Positions 1 to 9,495 of a DNA stretch of 64,000 bases are shown piece after piece. A model generated the notes under the pieces. It did no database searches, had not been told where the DNA came from, and saw only the letters and a program-made list of their open reading frames with translations. This DNA comes from Acidimicrobiales bacterium (GTDB taxonomy: Bacteria > Actinomycetota > Acidimicrobiia > Acidimicrobiales > Aldehydirespiratoraceae). The stretch is taken from assembly GCA_029263215.1 (NCBI GenBank), contig JAJCXY010000053.1, positions 76,417 to 140,416 of the forward strand, in the 5' to 3' direction. Both the position numbers and the translations under genes were made by a program. Numbering within the stretch: the first letter of the stretch is position 1; every line of letters begins with the position of its first letter.

Positions 1-673
1 CCACCGCGAGGTCGTGGGCGATGAAGACCAGGGTGAGCCCGTACTCCTCCTTCAGATCCTCGAGCAGGTTGAGGATCTGGGCCTGCACCGACACATCGAG
101 GGCCGAGACGGGCTCGTCGCAGATGATCAACTCCGGCTCGAGCACGAGGGCTCGGGCGATCGAGATGCGTTGGCACTGGCCACCGGAGAACTCGTGGGGG
201 TACTTGTGGCGGGCGACGTCGGGGTCGATGCCCACCGCGTCGAGCATCCTGGCCACCAGCTTCCACTGCTGGTCCTTGTCCTTGGGGCCCCACACGTGGA
301 GCGGCTCGGCGACGACATCGCCGACGGATCGCCGGGGGTTGAGCGAGGAGATCGGATCCTGGAAGATCATCTGGATGTCGGTGCGGTGCGAACGCATCGA
401 TGCAGGGTCGAGGGCGGTGAGGTCCTCGCCGTTGAGCACAACGCTCCCGCTGGTGGGACTCGGCAGCTGGAGAATCGCTCGCCCGGTGGTGGATTTGCCG
501 CAACCCGACTCGCCCACGAGTCCGAGCGTCTCTCCCTTGGCGATGTCGAAGCTGATGCCGCTCACGGCATGGACGATCCGGTCGCCGCCCAGGGGGAACT
601 CGACGGTGAGATCGTCGACCTGCAGCAGGGTGTCGTTGACGCCCCTCATGTGGGCGTTTCCCGATCCGGCCAT
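1..673 (-). CDS. ABC transporter ATP-binding protein, oligopeptide/dipeptide type (OppF/DppF-like). The C-terminal part runs off the window.
   Basis: Manual minus-strand translation from the ATG at 671-673 gives MAGSGNAHMRGVNDTLLQVDDLTVEF. It contains GLVGESGCGKST (Walker A), FSGGQCQRISIARAL (ABC signature) and IICDEPVSALD (Walker B). It is absent from the ORF track because it is open at the window edge. The start overlaps the stop of the upstream gene by 1 nt. Confidence 0.9.
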   Translation of the reverse strand, partial: MAGSGNAHMRGVNDTLLQVDDLTVEFPLGGDRIVHAVSGISFDIAKGETLGLVGESGCGKSTTGRAILQLPSPTSGSVVLNGEDLTALDPASMRSHRTDIQMIFQDPISSLNPRRSVGDVVAEPLHVWGPKDKDQQWKLVARMLDAVGIDPDVARHKYPHEFSGGQCQRISIARALVLEPELIICDEPVSALDVSVQAQILNLLEDLKEEYGLTLVFIAHDLAV

Positions 674-1803
674 TACTGCCAGCTCTCGTCGGGTAGGTCT
701 TCGGTGGCGCCGATGCGTCCGGCTGCGGCCAGGGTCTGGGGGAGTCCTGCCTCGAGGTTGCGGTCGAAGGCCTCCTGGCTCGCCGGGCTTCCCACCGGGA
801 AGTGACAAGCGAAGGTGTGGTCGGGGCCGACTCCCTTGGCGAGGATGGGTTCCTCTTCGTGGCAGCGATTCTGGGCGTAGGGACAGCGAGGCGAAAACTT
901 GCATCCCGAGGGCGGGTTGATCAGATCGGGGGGTCGGCCGGAAATGGCGCTGAGGCGGGTGTGTTTGGGATTACTGGTCTTGGGGATCGACCACAACAGG
1001 GCCTGGGTGTAGGGATGGTGCATCTCCGCGAACAGGGTTTCGGTGGGCGCCTTCTCGACCACCTTGCCCGCATACATCACCGCGATCTCGTCGGCTCGAC
1101 CGGCGACCACTCCCAGGTCGTGGGTGACGAGGATCATCGTCATCCCCCGCTCCTGTTGTTGCTGGCCGAGAAGGTTGAGGATCTGGTGTTGGACGGTGAC
1201 GTCGAGTGCAGTGGTGGGCTCGTCGGCGAAGAGGAGCTTCGGGCTGCAGGCGAGGGCGATGGCGATGCTCACCCTCTGACGCATGCCTCCCGACAGCTGG
1301 TGCGGGTAGTTGCCGAAACGTTCGTCGGGTTCGGGGATGCGAACAGAACGTAGCAGCTCGACTGCGAGCTCTCTGGCCTCCGACTTGCTGATCTGGAGAT
1401 GGTGGCGCATGTGCTCGGTGAGCTGGCGCCCGACCTTCACCACCGGGTTGAGGGAGGTCATGGGATCCTGGAATACCATCGCCATCTCGACGCCCCAGAG
1501 GTCCTTCATCTGCTTGATGGGCCGGCCGATGAGCTCCTGTCCGTCGTAGAGCACCGAGCCCGTGCTGTGGGCGTTGGAGGCCACGTTGAGTCCCATGACC
1601 GACCGTGAAAGGACCGTCTTGCCCGAGCCCGACTCGCCGACCACGCCGAGGGTGCGCCCGCGGGCGAGCGAGAACGACACGCCATCGACCGCCTTCACCG
1701 AACCGGCCGGCACTTCGAAGTGGGTGCGGAGGTCGTCGACGACGAGGAGGGCCTCGTTGTCGTCATCGGTGCGCTGATCCAGCGCGTCGGACACAGTCGT
1801 CAT
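673..1803 (-). CDS. ABC transporter ATP-binding protein, oligopeptide/dipeptide type (OppD/DppD-like)
   Basis: ORF 673..1914. I place the start at the internal MTTVSDALD (ATG at 1803). Motifs: GESGSGKT Walker A, LSGGMRQRVSIA signature, LLFADEPTTALD Walker B, and the C-terminal oligopeptide-ABC extension with Cys residues. Confidence 0.9.
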   Translation of the reverse strand: MTTVSDALDQRTDDDNEALLVVDDLRTHFEVPAGSVKAVDGVSFSLARGRTLGVVGESGSGKTVLSRSVMGLNVASNAHSTGSVLYDGQELIGRPIKQMKDLWGVEMAMVFQDPMTSLNPVVKVGRQLTEHMRHHLQISKSEARELAVELLRSVRIPEPDERFGNYPHQLSGGMRQRVSIAIALACSPKLLFADEPTTALDVTVQHQILNLLGQQQQERGMTMILVTHDLGVVAGRADEIAVMYAGKVVEKAPTETLFAEMHHPYTQALLWSIPKTSNPKHTRLSAISGRPPDLINPPSGCKFSPRCPYAQNRCHEEEPILAKGVGPDHTFACHFPVGSPASQEAFDRNLEAGLPQTLAAAGRIGATEDLPDESWQ

Positions 1804-1914
1804 CGAGTTCTGTTCCCCCAGTTGGCCAGTTGGCTGCCCACAGTGTGACCGCTGGCACACGGCGCAGCAAATCACGGGCGACGATACTGCGATCGGCCCC
1901 GGAAGGGGCGGCAC

Positions 1915-2961
1915 CTAGTCTTGGCTTGCCTCGCCATTGACGTCGCGGACGATGTCGAGGAGGAGTCCGAGAGTGGCGAGTTGCTCGTCGAAGGTGTCGC
2001 CCACGGGATTGATGCGCAGGGTGTTCACACCGCAGTCGTGGTAGTTGCGGAGGCGGCGTCGGATCTCGTCGGGCGGTCCGATCAGGTTGGTGCCGAGGCC
2101 GATCTCGATCGGTACCCGCTCGCGTGCTTCGTCTCGCCGCCCTTCGCGCCACAGGCTCTGCACGTCGGCCACGTCGTCACCGAACCCCTGGCGTGTGAAT
2201 GCCTCGTTGTAGAAGTTGGTGGAACTCGACCCCATCGCACCGAACGTGAAGGCATATCCCGCGGCGTGGCGACGACCCGCCTCCTCGACATCGTCGGTGA
2301 ACTCGCAACTGGCCGACACGGTGAGGTCGATGTCGGTCAGGGACCGCCCCGCTGCTGTCGCCCCCGCGGCGATCGCGTCGAAGAACACCGGAGCCGTCTC
2401 GGGGAAGAACGAGTTGCCGATCCAGCCGTCGGCCAACTCGCCGGTGAGAGCGAGGTTGGCCGGCCCGAGCGAGGCGATGTAGATCGGGATTTCGGCGGGG
2501 GGTGCGGCCGCCCTCAGTGCCTTGCCCTCGCCTCCCGGGAGAGGGAGCCGATACGTGGAGCCATCGTGGATGAGGCGCTCGCCGGAGGCCACCTTGCGCA
2601 CGATCTCGATGGTTTCTCGGGTGCGTTGGATCGGGCGCCTGAACTCGACCCCGTGCCACCCCTCCATCACCTGGGGTCCGCTGGTGCCGATCCCGAGGTG
2701 GAAGCGGCCGCCGGAAAGGGCCTGTAGCGACAGGGCCGACATTGCCAGCATCGCCGGCGTGCGGGCGCCCAACTGGACGATCCCGGTGCCGAGCCTGATC
2801 CGGTCGGTGACCATCGCGAGCGCCCCGATCGGCGTCAGGGCGTCGTAGCCCCAGAATTCCGGCACCCACACGGAGTCGGCCCCCAAGCGTTCTGCCTCCC
2901 GCACGAAATCGATCGCCTCAGGGGTGCTCGGCACCGTCTGGATGCCGATGGCGAGGGCCAC
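1915..2961 (-). CDS. LLM-class (luciferase-like) F420-dependent oxidoreductase
   Basis: 348-aa ORF with the typical LLM N-terminus (GADSVWVPEFWGYDALT, RIRLGTGIVQLGARTP, GRFHLGIGTSGPQV). Confidence 0.85.
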   Translation of the reverse strand: MALAIGIQTVPSTPEAIDFVREAERLGADSVWVPEFWGYDALTPIGALAMVTDRIRLGTGIVQLGARTPAMLAMSALSLQALSGGRFHLGIGTSGPQVMEGWHGVEFRRPIQRTRETIEIVRKVASGERLIHDGSTYRLPLPGGEGKALRAAAPPAEIPIYIASLGPANLALTGELADGWIGNSFFPETAPVFFDAIAAGATAAGRSLTDIDLTVSASCEFTDDVEEAGRRHAAGYAFTFGAMGSSSTNFYNEAFTRQGFGDDVADVQSLWREGRRDEARERVPIEIGLGTNLIGPPDEIRRRLRNYHDCGVNTLRINPVGDTFDEQLATLGLLLDIVRDVNGEASQD

Positions 2962-3458
2962 TAGGAGGCGCTCTCCGCGAGGCCCTTGATTCCATCCACC
3001 GTGGCCTGCATGTTGGTCCGGTGCTCGGCCAGGCGCCGCTCGATGATCTCGTCTTCCCTGTCGGGCATGGCCTCGATGACGGTGCTGAGCCCGGACGGCC
3101 CTGGCCCGAGGCGGGCCGACTGGCGGAGGGTGACACCGTTACCGGAGGGTTGGGCGCGGAACTGCCAACTAGCGGCCGCGGCGGCTGGATCGCCGACCGC
3201 CCATCCGAAAGTGTGGGGGGCATCGTGGTGGGTGACCACGCAGCTGACCGACCACTCACCGGCCCGGTCGTGGCGGTTGTGGCCCGCGAATCGAGAACCC
3301 ACAGCTACAGCGGCGCCGGGGTCGTCCCATTCCACCTGCTGAACCTCGCCGGAGAACTGGACAGGGACTTCGATGTTGCTGATCAGCCGCCACACTGTCT
3401 CCAACGGAGCCTCGATGCGGGCCTCGACCTCGACTGTGGGTCCATCGGCGTACTTCAT
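2961..3458 (-). CDS. SRPBCC (START/Bet v1-like, polyketide-cyclase-like) family protein
   Basis: 165-aa ORF beginning VEARIEAPLETVWRLISNIEVPVQFS. It is paralogous to the C-terminal domain of the 7546..8697 gene, sharing the TNMQATV(D/E)GI tail. Confidence 0.75.
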   Translation of the reverse strand: MKYADGPTVEVEARIEAPLETVWRLISNIEVPVQFSGEVQQVEWDDPGAAVAVGSRFAGHNRHDRAGEWSVSCVVTHHDAPHTFGWAVGDPAAAAASWQFRAQPSGNGVTLRQSARLGPGPSGLSTVIEAMPDREDEIIERRLAEHRTNMQATVDGIKGLAESAS

Positions 3459-3522
3459 GGCGTGCCTCCCGGCGGTGTGTCCGGTCCGAACTTACCGTCA
3501 TCGGCCGTCTAGCCTGAATTGC

Positions 3523-4194
3523 ATGTCCGAACAGCCGGACCGATCGGTGCTGGACGCGCAGCGTTCCCACTGGGACTCCACCCTCGACGCCAACACCGAC
3601 ATGTTCGGACTTGAGCCGAGTGAGGCGGCACAGGCGGCCACTGCCCGATTTCGGGCAGAAGGTGTCGGCACCGTTCTCGAACTCGGCGCGGGCCAGGGCC
3701 GCGACACCTTCCCGCTCAGCGAGGCCGGCTTCGCCGTCACCGCCGTCGACTACAGCGAGATCGGCTTGGCGCGAATTCAGGGCCGAGCCCGCGAGCTCGA
3801 TGCTGCGGTGGCCACTTGCAGCTGCGACGTCCGTGAGGCTCTGCCGTTTCCCGACGCGTCATTCGATGCGTGCTACTCCCACATGTTGTTCTGCATGGCG
3901 CTCACCACCGCCGAACTCCACCACCTCGGGGCCGAGATCCGGCGGGTGCTGACGCCAGGCGGGCTTGTCTTCTACACCGCCCGCACCACCGATGATGCCC
4001 ATTCCGGCGCCGGGACCACGCGCGGCGACGACATGTTCGAACAGGGCGGATTCGTGGTGCACTTCTTCTCCCCGACCCTCGTGGAGGAGCTCGCCGAAGG
4101 GTTCGAGATCCTCGACCGGTTCGAGTTCGAGGAAGGGGGCCTTCCCCGGCGACTGGTGGCGGTGACTATGCGCCGGCGTCCCGACGACGATTGA
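3523..4194 (+). CDS. Class I SAM-dependent methyltransferase
   Basis: ORF 3373..4194. The start is placed at MSEQPDRSV (ATG 3523) to avoid overlap with the divergent gene. Motif I is VLELGAGQGRD. Confidence 0.8.
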   Translation: MSEQPDRSVLDAQRSHWDSTLDANTDMFGLEPSEAAQAATARFRAEGVGTVLELGAGQGRDTFPLSEAGFAVTAVDYSEIGLARIQGRARELDAAVATCSCDVREALPFPDASFDACYSHMLFCMALTTAELHHLGAEIRRVLTPGGLVFYTARTTDDAHSGAGTTRGDDMFEQGGFVVHFFSPTLVEELAEGFEILDRFEFEEGGLPRRLVAVTMRRRPDDD

Positions 4195-4618
4195 GGCCTC
4201 CGAACGTGCCGGTGAACTCGACCTCCACGATCGGAGCATCAGCCACCAGTTCGTCGAGTGTGTCGCCCTGCTCGCGATACCACCGGGTGGCAGGAGCGGT
4301 CATCAGAGTACGCCTGTCGTCCGGATCGGTGATCACGGTTGCACGAGCGGTGGTCTGGGTAGTGACCGACTCCTTGAAGCAGAAGAGAAATTCGGGATTG
4401 ACGAGGAGGTTGGCCAGCCAGTCGCGGGGCAGCAGGGGTCCGTTGCGACCGTTGCGGACGGTGCCGGTGATGATCACCCGCCCGTCGACGTTGGTGAACC
4501 AGATCTCGGTGGTGCGGGTGAGGCCGGTGCGAGCGCCGGTGGTGACGATGTCGATCGTCATGTCGGTCTGCAGGGCGCGCCGAGTGGCATCGAGGTCGAG
4601 GGAATCGCTGGTGGACAC
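4166..4618 (-). CDS. Deazaflavin (F420H2)-dependent nitroreductase/quinone reductase family protein (DDN-like, split beta-barrel)
   Basis: 150-aa ORF. TTGARTGLTRTTEIWF...DGRVIITG...RDWLANLLVNPE matches the DDN/FDOR-A signature region. Confidence 0.75.
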   Translation of the reverse strand: MSTSDSLDLDATRRALQTDMTIDIVTTGARTGLTRTTEIWFTNVDGRVIITGTVRNGRNGPLLPRDWLANLLVNPEFLFCFKESVTTQTTARATVITDPDDRRTLMTAPATRWYREQGDTLDELVADAPIVEVEFTGTFGGLNRRRDAGA

Positions 4619-4629
4619 CGTGGTGGATC

Positions 4630-6243
4630 TCAGACGTTCTCGACGGCGAGCTCGCCGTTGGAATAGAGCGCCCTCAGATCCTTCTTGGAGAACTTGCCCA
4701 CCGACGTCTTCGGGATCTCATCGACAAAGGCCCACCGCTCGGGCAACCACCACTTGGCGACCTTGCCCGTCAGGTACTCCGTGAGTTCGGCAGGGGTGGC
4801 CGTGGCATCCTCGCCGAGAACCACACAGGCCAACGGACGCTCGTCCCAGCGGTCGTCGGGAACACCCACCACCGCCGCTTCGCGCACCGCCGGATGCCCC
4901 ATGAGGGTATTTTCGAGGTCGACCGAACTGATCCATTCACCTCCGGACTTGATCACGTCCTTGGCCCGATCCGAGATCTGGATGTATCCCTTGGAGTTGA
5001 TCGAACCGACGTCGCCGGTGCGAAGCCAGCCGTCGTGGAACTTCTCTTCGGTGGGTTCGAGGTAGTAGGCGCCGGTGATCCAGGGCCCACGGATCTCGAT
5101 CTCTCCCTGGGCTTCGTCGTCCCATGGAAGTGGGGCTCCGTCGTCATCGCAGATCCGAACCTCCACACCGGGAAGGATCCGCCCGGTGCGGCTACGCCAA
5201 CTCATCGGATCATTGGACGAGTCCCTCTTCGGGACCCTCGCGATCGCACCCAGCGGACTGGTCTCGGTCATCCCCCACGCTTGGATCACCTCGACCCCGA
5301 ACGTCTCGTCGTAGGCCTCCATGAGGCTCCGTGGCACGGCTGAGCCTCCGCACACGATGTATTTGAGTGAGCTCAGATCGGCATCGGGTCGGTTGTGGAG
5401 GATATCGGACAAGACGGTGGGGACCGCACCGGAGATGGTGGGTCTGGTCGATTCGATCACGTCGGTGATCGGGCCGGCCTGGAGGTACTGCTGGGGCATC
5501 ACCAGGTCGGCGCCCACCCACCACCCCGCGTAGGCCATCCCCCAGGCGTTGGCGTGGAATTGGGGGACGATGATCAGCACGCGCTCACTCTCGCTGAGGG
5601 CGAGTGTCTGGGCCGAGGTGACGGCCAGGGAATGCAGATAGGTCGAGCGATGGGAGTAGGAGACGCCCTTCGGGTTGCCGGTGGTGCCGCTCGTGTAGCA
5701 CATCGCGGCGGCGGCCCGTTCGTCGAGGTCGGGGTAGTCGAAGCCGGGTGACTCGGCGGCGAGGAGCTCCTCGTAGTCGATGGTGTCGCCCAGGCCGGAT
5801 GTGTCGCCCTCACCACACGTGATGATGTGTTCGACCGTGGTGAGCTGGTCGCGCACACGGGCGAGCAGGGGAGCGATCGACGCGTCGACGATGATCACCC
5901 GGTCGGCCGCATGGTTCACCACGAAGGCGAGCTGGTCGGGAAACAGGCGGATGTTGAGGGTGTGGAGCACCGCTCCCATGCAGGGGATCGCGAGATAGGC
6001 CTCCATGTGACGCTGGTTGTTCCACATGAATGTGCCGACCCGATCGCCGGACTCGACCCCCAGAGCGGTGAGGGCCGACGCCAGGCAGTCGACCCGGTCG
6101 CCGATCTCGCCGAAGGTGGCGGTGTGGGCCGGCTCACCCGGACCCTGGTAGGTGATGATCTCGGACTCGGCGTGGATGGTGCGCCCGTGGCGAAAGAGCT
6201 GGGTGATGGTGAGCGGGGCGTCCTGCATCGTGCTGGTGATCAT
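4630..6243 (-). CDS. Long-chain fatty-acid--CoA ligase (AMP-dependent synthetase)
   Basis: 537-aa ORF with the AMP-binding motif YTSGTTGNPKGV, GWLRTGD, and the C-terminal PKTSVGKFSKK. Confidence 0.9.
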   Translation of the reverse strand: MITSTMQDAPLTITQLFRHGRTIHAESEIITYQGPGEPAHTATFGEIGDRVDCLASALTALGVESGDRVGTFMWNNQRHMEAYLAIPCMGAVLHTLNIRLFPDQLAFVVNHAADRVIIVDASIAPLLARVRDQLTTVEHIITCGEGDTSGLGDTIDYEELLAAESPGFDYPDLDERAAAAMCYTSGTTGNPKGVSYSHRSTYLHSLAVTSAQTLALSESERVLIIVPQFHANAWGMAYAGWWVGADLVMPQQYLQAGPITDVIESTRPTISGAVPTVLSDILHNRPDADLSSLKYIVCGGSAVPRSLMEAYDETFGVEVIQAWGMTETSPLGAIARVPKRDSSNDPMSWRSRTGRILPGVEVRICDDDGAPLPWDDEAQGEIEIRGPWITGAYYLEPTEEKFHDGWLRTGDVGSINSKGYIQISDRAKDVIKSGGEWISSVDLENTLMGHPAVREAAVVGVPDDRWDERPLACVVLGEDATATPAELTEYLTGKVAKWWLPERWAFVDEIPKTSVGKFSKKDLRALYSNGELAVENV

Positions 6244-6330
6244 GTGGTGATGCTGCCCTGATCTCGCCGATTGCTCAAGTGCTCGCGCCGGTGTGCAGTC
6301 AGTCGGCCGCGGTCGCTACCGTTCTCCCTC

Positions 6331-7545
6331 GTGCCCGACGCCACAACTAACGAGTTTGCCGGCGGACCCCTGGCAGGGGTGCGGGTGGCCGACCTCACCA
6401 CCGTGGTGATGGGGCCGCTGGCCACCCGGATGCTGGCCGACATGGGTGCCGATGTGATTCGGATCGAGGCACCCGAGGGCGATGTGATGCGCCACTACGA
6501 GCCGATGCGCAGCCCGGGGATGAGCGCGTTCGCGATGAATCTCAACCGCAACAAGCGCAGTGTGGTTCTCGATCTGAAGGCCGAAGAGGGCCGCCGTGCG
6601 ATGCACGACCTGATCGCCACCTGCGATGTGTTCGTCACCAACGTGCGTCGTGGCGCGCTGGCGCGGCTGCGGCTCGATGAGGCATCGGTGCGAGCCACCC
6701 GGCCCGACATCATCTACTGCGTCGCCAACGGGTTCGGGAGCGACGGACCCAAGGCTGACCAGGCGGCCTACGACGATGTCATGCAGGCCGCGTCGGGGCT
6801 TGCTTCGATGTTCAGCTGGCATGGCGATGAGCCCCGGCTGGTGCCGAGCATCCTCGCCGACAAGATCACCGGCATGCACATAGCGTTCGCGGTGGCCGCA
6901 GCCTTGCACGGCCGTGCCCTCACGGGGGTCGGCACCTCGATCGAGGTGCCGATGGCGGAAACCATGGCGGCGTTCAATTTGATCGAGCATCTCGGCGGGC
7001 AGACCTTCGAGCCACCGTTCGGCGGGTTCAGCTACGGCCGCGTGCGCACCCCTCACCGGCGACCGCGTCGAACCACCGATGGTTGGATTGTGATCCTGCC
7101 CTACAGCACCCAGAATTGGCATCGCTTCTGGGAGTTCGGTGGCCGCCCCGACCTCATCGACGAGACTCGTTTCGCGGCCCCGGCGGCGCGTATCGAGCAC
7201 GCCGACGAGCTCTACGCCTTGATGGACGACATCGTCAATCAGAAGTCCACCGAGGCGTGGCTCGACTACTGCGAGGCCCACTCGATCCCGGCTTCTGAAG
7301 TGGTGGAGCTCGAAGAACTGCGGCACGACCCTCATTTCGAAGCGGTCGGATTGCTGTGCGACGACCAACACCCCACCGAAGGCGCCTACCGCTACGTACG
7401 TGATCCGATCGTGTTCGATGGAGTGCCATCGCCGCTCTATCGCCACTCTCCCCGCCTCGGGGCCGACACCGCCGAGGTGCTGGTCGAGCTCGGCTGGTCG
7501 ACCGACCGGATCGAGGCCATTCTCGCCGAACCACCCGAGGCCTGA
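6331..7545 (+). CDS. Family III CoA-transferase (CaiB/BaiF family)
   Basis: ORF 6271..7545 with GPLAGVRVADLTTVVMGPLATRMLADMGADVIRIE. The start is uncertain: TTG at 6271 or GTG at 6331. GTG 6331 is chosen on typical N-terminal length. Confidence 0.85.
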   Translation: MPDATTNEFAGGPLAGVRVADLTTVVMGPLATRMLADMGADVIRIEAPEGDVMRHYEPMRSPGMSAFAMNLNRNKRSVVLDLKAEEGRRAMHDLIATCDVFVTNVRRGALARLRLDEASVRATRPDIIYCVANGFGSDGPKADQAAYDDVMQAASGLASMFSWHGDEPRLVPSILADKITGMHIAFAVAAALHGRALTGVGTSIEVPMAETMAAFNLIEHLGGQTFEPPFGGFSYGRVRTPHRRPRRTTDGWIVILPYSTQNWHRFWEFGGRPDLIDETRFAAPAARIEHADELYALMDDIVNQKSTEAWLDYCEAHSIPASEVVELEELRHDPHFEAVGLLCDDQHPTEGAYRYVRDPIVFDGVPSPLYRHSPRLGADTAEVLVELGWSTDRIEAILAEPPEA

Positions 7546-8697
7546 TCAGCCGGCGGCCTCGACAGCGGCCCTGATGCCCTCGACGGTCGCCTGCATGTTG
7601 GTCTTCAGCTGCTTGCGGCGTCCGTTGATGATCGCCGCCTCACGGGCCGGCTCATCGTTCACCATCGACACGGTGCGGTTGTTGCTGGTGCCGATCCGCA
7701 TCGAGAACCTGAGTCGGGTGTCGAGCCCCAGCTCAGAGGTCTCGAACCGCCACACCGCACCCGGGTCGGCAGGGTCGGTGGTCGACCACTCGAACACTCG
7801 ACCGTCCGCGAAGTCGGTGATGTGGCATTCAACATCCCACTCGAAGTCGCCGGCCTTGTTGTGTCCGGTAAAGGTGGCACCGAGCTCTCGGCCGGCGCCG
7901 CCCCATTCGGCGCCCTGAAACTCGCTCGAGAAGCGGGCCGCCATGTTGATGTCGCTGATGAGGGGCCAGACTTCGCGCGGCCGGGCGCCGATGTCGACTT
8001 CGACAACCACACCCTGGCCGTCGGCGATTCGCGCCGACCCCTGCTCTGAAGCCCGAGCGCGGGTGTAGCCCCACCGGTCGAAGTAGGTGATCTGCTCAGC
8101 CGGACGTCGCCCGACCGGTTTGAAGTCGGTGCCCACCGTGTAGGCGACCGGAAACGTCACGATTGTGGTGACTCCGGGCGGAATCGCGAGAACCTCGGCG
8201 AGTTGATCGACGTTGGCATTGAGCAGTGTCGTCCAGGTGGTGCCGAGGCCGCGGGCCCGCAGGGCGAGGTTGAAGCTCCAGGCCGATTGGATCACCGAGT
8301 CGAACAGGCCGGGACGGCCGGAATTGTCGTGGACTCCCCAGATCGCGACGATCACCAGGGCGGGCGCCTTGGCGAAGTTGTCGACGAGATAGGCGCTGGA
8401 GTCGTAGACCTTCTCCTTGGGATGGCCGCTTCCTTCCAGCCGGTTGGCGACGCGCTCCATGAACTGGCCGCTCTCGCGGTAGATCTCGCCGAGCCGTTCT
8501 TTGGTGGCGGTATCTCGCACGATCATCCAGCGACGGCTAGCGTCGTTGCCGCCGCTCGGGGCCTGCTCGGCCAGATCGATGCAGTCGAACAGCACCTGAT
8601 CGGTGACGTCACGTTCGAAGTCGAGACGCTTACGCACCGACCGGGTGGTGCTGAGGAGTCGGTCGGTTTCGGCGACGTCGAAGGGTCTGGGGCTCAT
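7546..8697 (-). CDS. Nitroreductase-family domain fused to a C-terminal SRPBCC domain
   Basis: ORF 7546..8745, with the start placed at MSPRPFDV (ATG 8697). The N-terminal ~230 aa are nitroreductase-like (TTRSVRKRL, QAPSGGNDASRRWMIV). The C-terminal ~150 aa are SRPBCC (VVEVDIGARPREVWPLISDINMAARFSSEF). Confidence 0.8.
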   Translation of the reverse strand: MSPRPFDVAETDRLLSTTRSVRKRLDFERDVTDQVLFDCIDLAEQAPSGGNDASRRWMIVRDTATKERLGEIYRESGQFMERVANRLEGSGHPKEKVYDSSAYLVDNFAKAPALVIVAIWGVHDNSGRPGLFDSVIQSAWSFNLALRARGLGTTWTTLLNANVDQLAEVLAIPPGVTTIVTFPVAYTVGTDFKPVGRRPAEQITYFDRWGYTRARASEQGSARIADGQGVVVEVDIGARPREVWPLISDINMAARFSSEFQGAEWGGAGRELGATFTGHNKAGDFEWDVECHITDFADGRVFEWSTTDPADPGAVWRFETSELGLDTRLRFSMRIGTSNNRTVSMVNDEPAREAAIINGRRKQLKTNMQATVEGIRAAVEAAG

Positions 8698-8701
8698 GGT
8701 G

Positions 8702-9448
8702 TCACTTCTCCGACGCGTGAACTCGGGCCGCCTTCGCCAGGACACGGAGTTCGGCTCGTTCGTCGTCGGTGAGCAGTTCGAGATCGGCGGCGTGAAGTTG
8801 GTCGGTGGCTGCCTCGACCGCCTCGCGCTGCTCGGCGAGGTGCGATACGTCCGGGAAGGGGCGGGGCCAGCCGAACAGTTCGGCGTTCCATTCGGCGGCG
8901 GGTCCGGTGAGCACCGATTCGAGGGGGGTCATGGTCGACGCCTGCACGGCGACGGTATGGCGGCCGAACCGGAGCTCGCGCATCACCTGGGCCAACTGAA
9001 ACGTGCGGCCCGGGCCGGCCTCCGCCGGTAGGGGCATGTCGCGCCAGCCGGCGAACACAGCGGCGCCATCGGGGCTGGCGTTGGTGACGACGACCTCGAG
9101 CAGTTCGCCCAGCCGCTCGACACCGGTCATGCCGGTCAGACGGTCGACCCCCCACTCCCGGCAGATGCCTGCATAGATCGTGGCCCCCTCGGCCGGTGTC
9201 ATGATCGCCCGACCGGCAGTGACCACGCGGCTCATCGTGTCGGGTTCCCAGAAGTAGGCGGCGGCTACGACATCGTCCACCGGGCAGTCGCCGAGCACCC
9301 CGAGTCGACCCAGGGCATAGGCCTCCAGGCCCTCACCCGCGAGACCTCGAGCGGCTGCCTTCTCGGTGGTGGAGTCGGTGATCAGCCACTCCATCGCCAG
9401 CATGCCGATCGAGCCCCTCATGCTTCGGGCCGCTGTGACACTGTCCAT
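8702..9448 (-). CDS. Conserved actinobacterial protein of unknown function. From memory it resembles the SCO6745-like family; this is not verified.
   Basis: 248-aa ORF with good coding-type composition, tightly packed (4-nt gap) with the downstream gene. The segment YALGRLGVLGD...AAAYFWEP recalls that family. Confidence 0.55.
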   Translation of the reverse strand: MDSVTAARSMRGSIGMLAMEWLITDSTTEKAAARGLAGEGLEAYALGRLGVLGDCPVDDVVAAAYFWEPDTMSRVVTAGRAIMTPAEGATIYAGICREWGVDRLTGMTGVERLGELLEVVVTNASPDGAAVFAGWRDMPLPAEAGPGRTFQLAQVMRELRFGRHTVAVQASTMTPLESVLTGPAAEWNAELFGWPRPFPDVSHLAEQREAVEAATDQLHAADLELLTDDERAELRVLAKAARVHASEK

Positions 9449-9495
9449 ATTCGCCTCCTCGGCGCGTAAGTCGATGGGTCCATAAGATCACCCTC

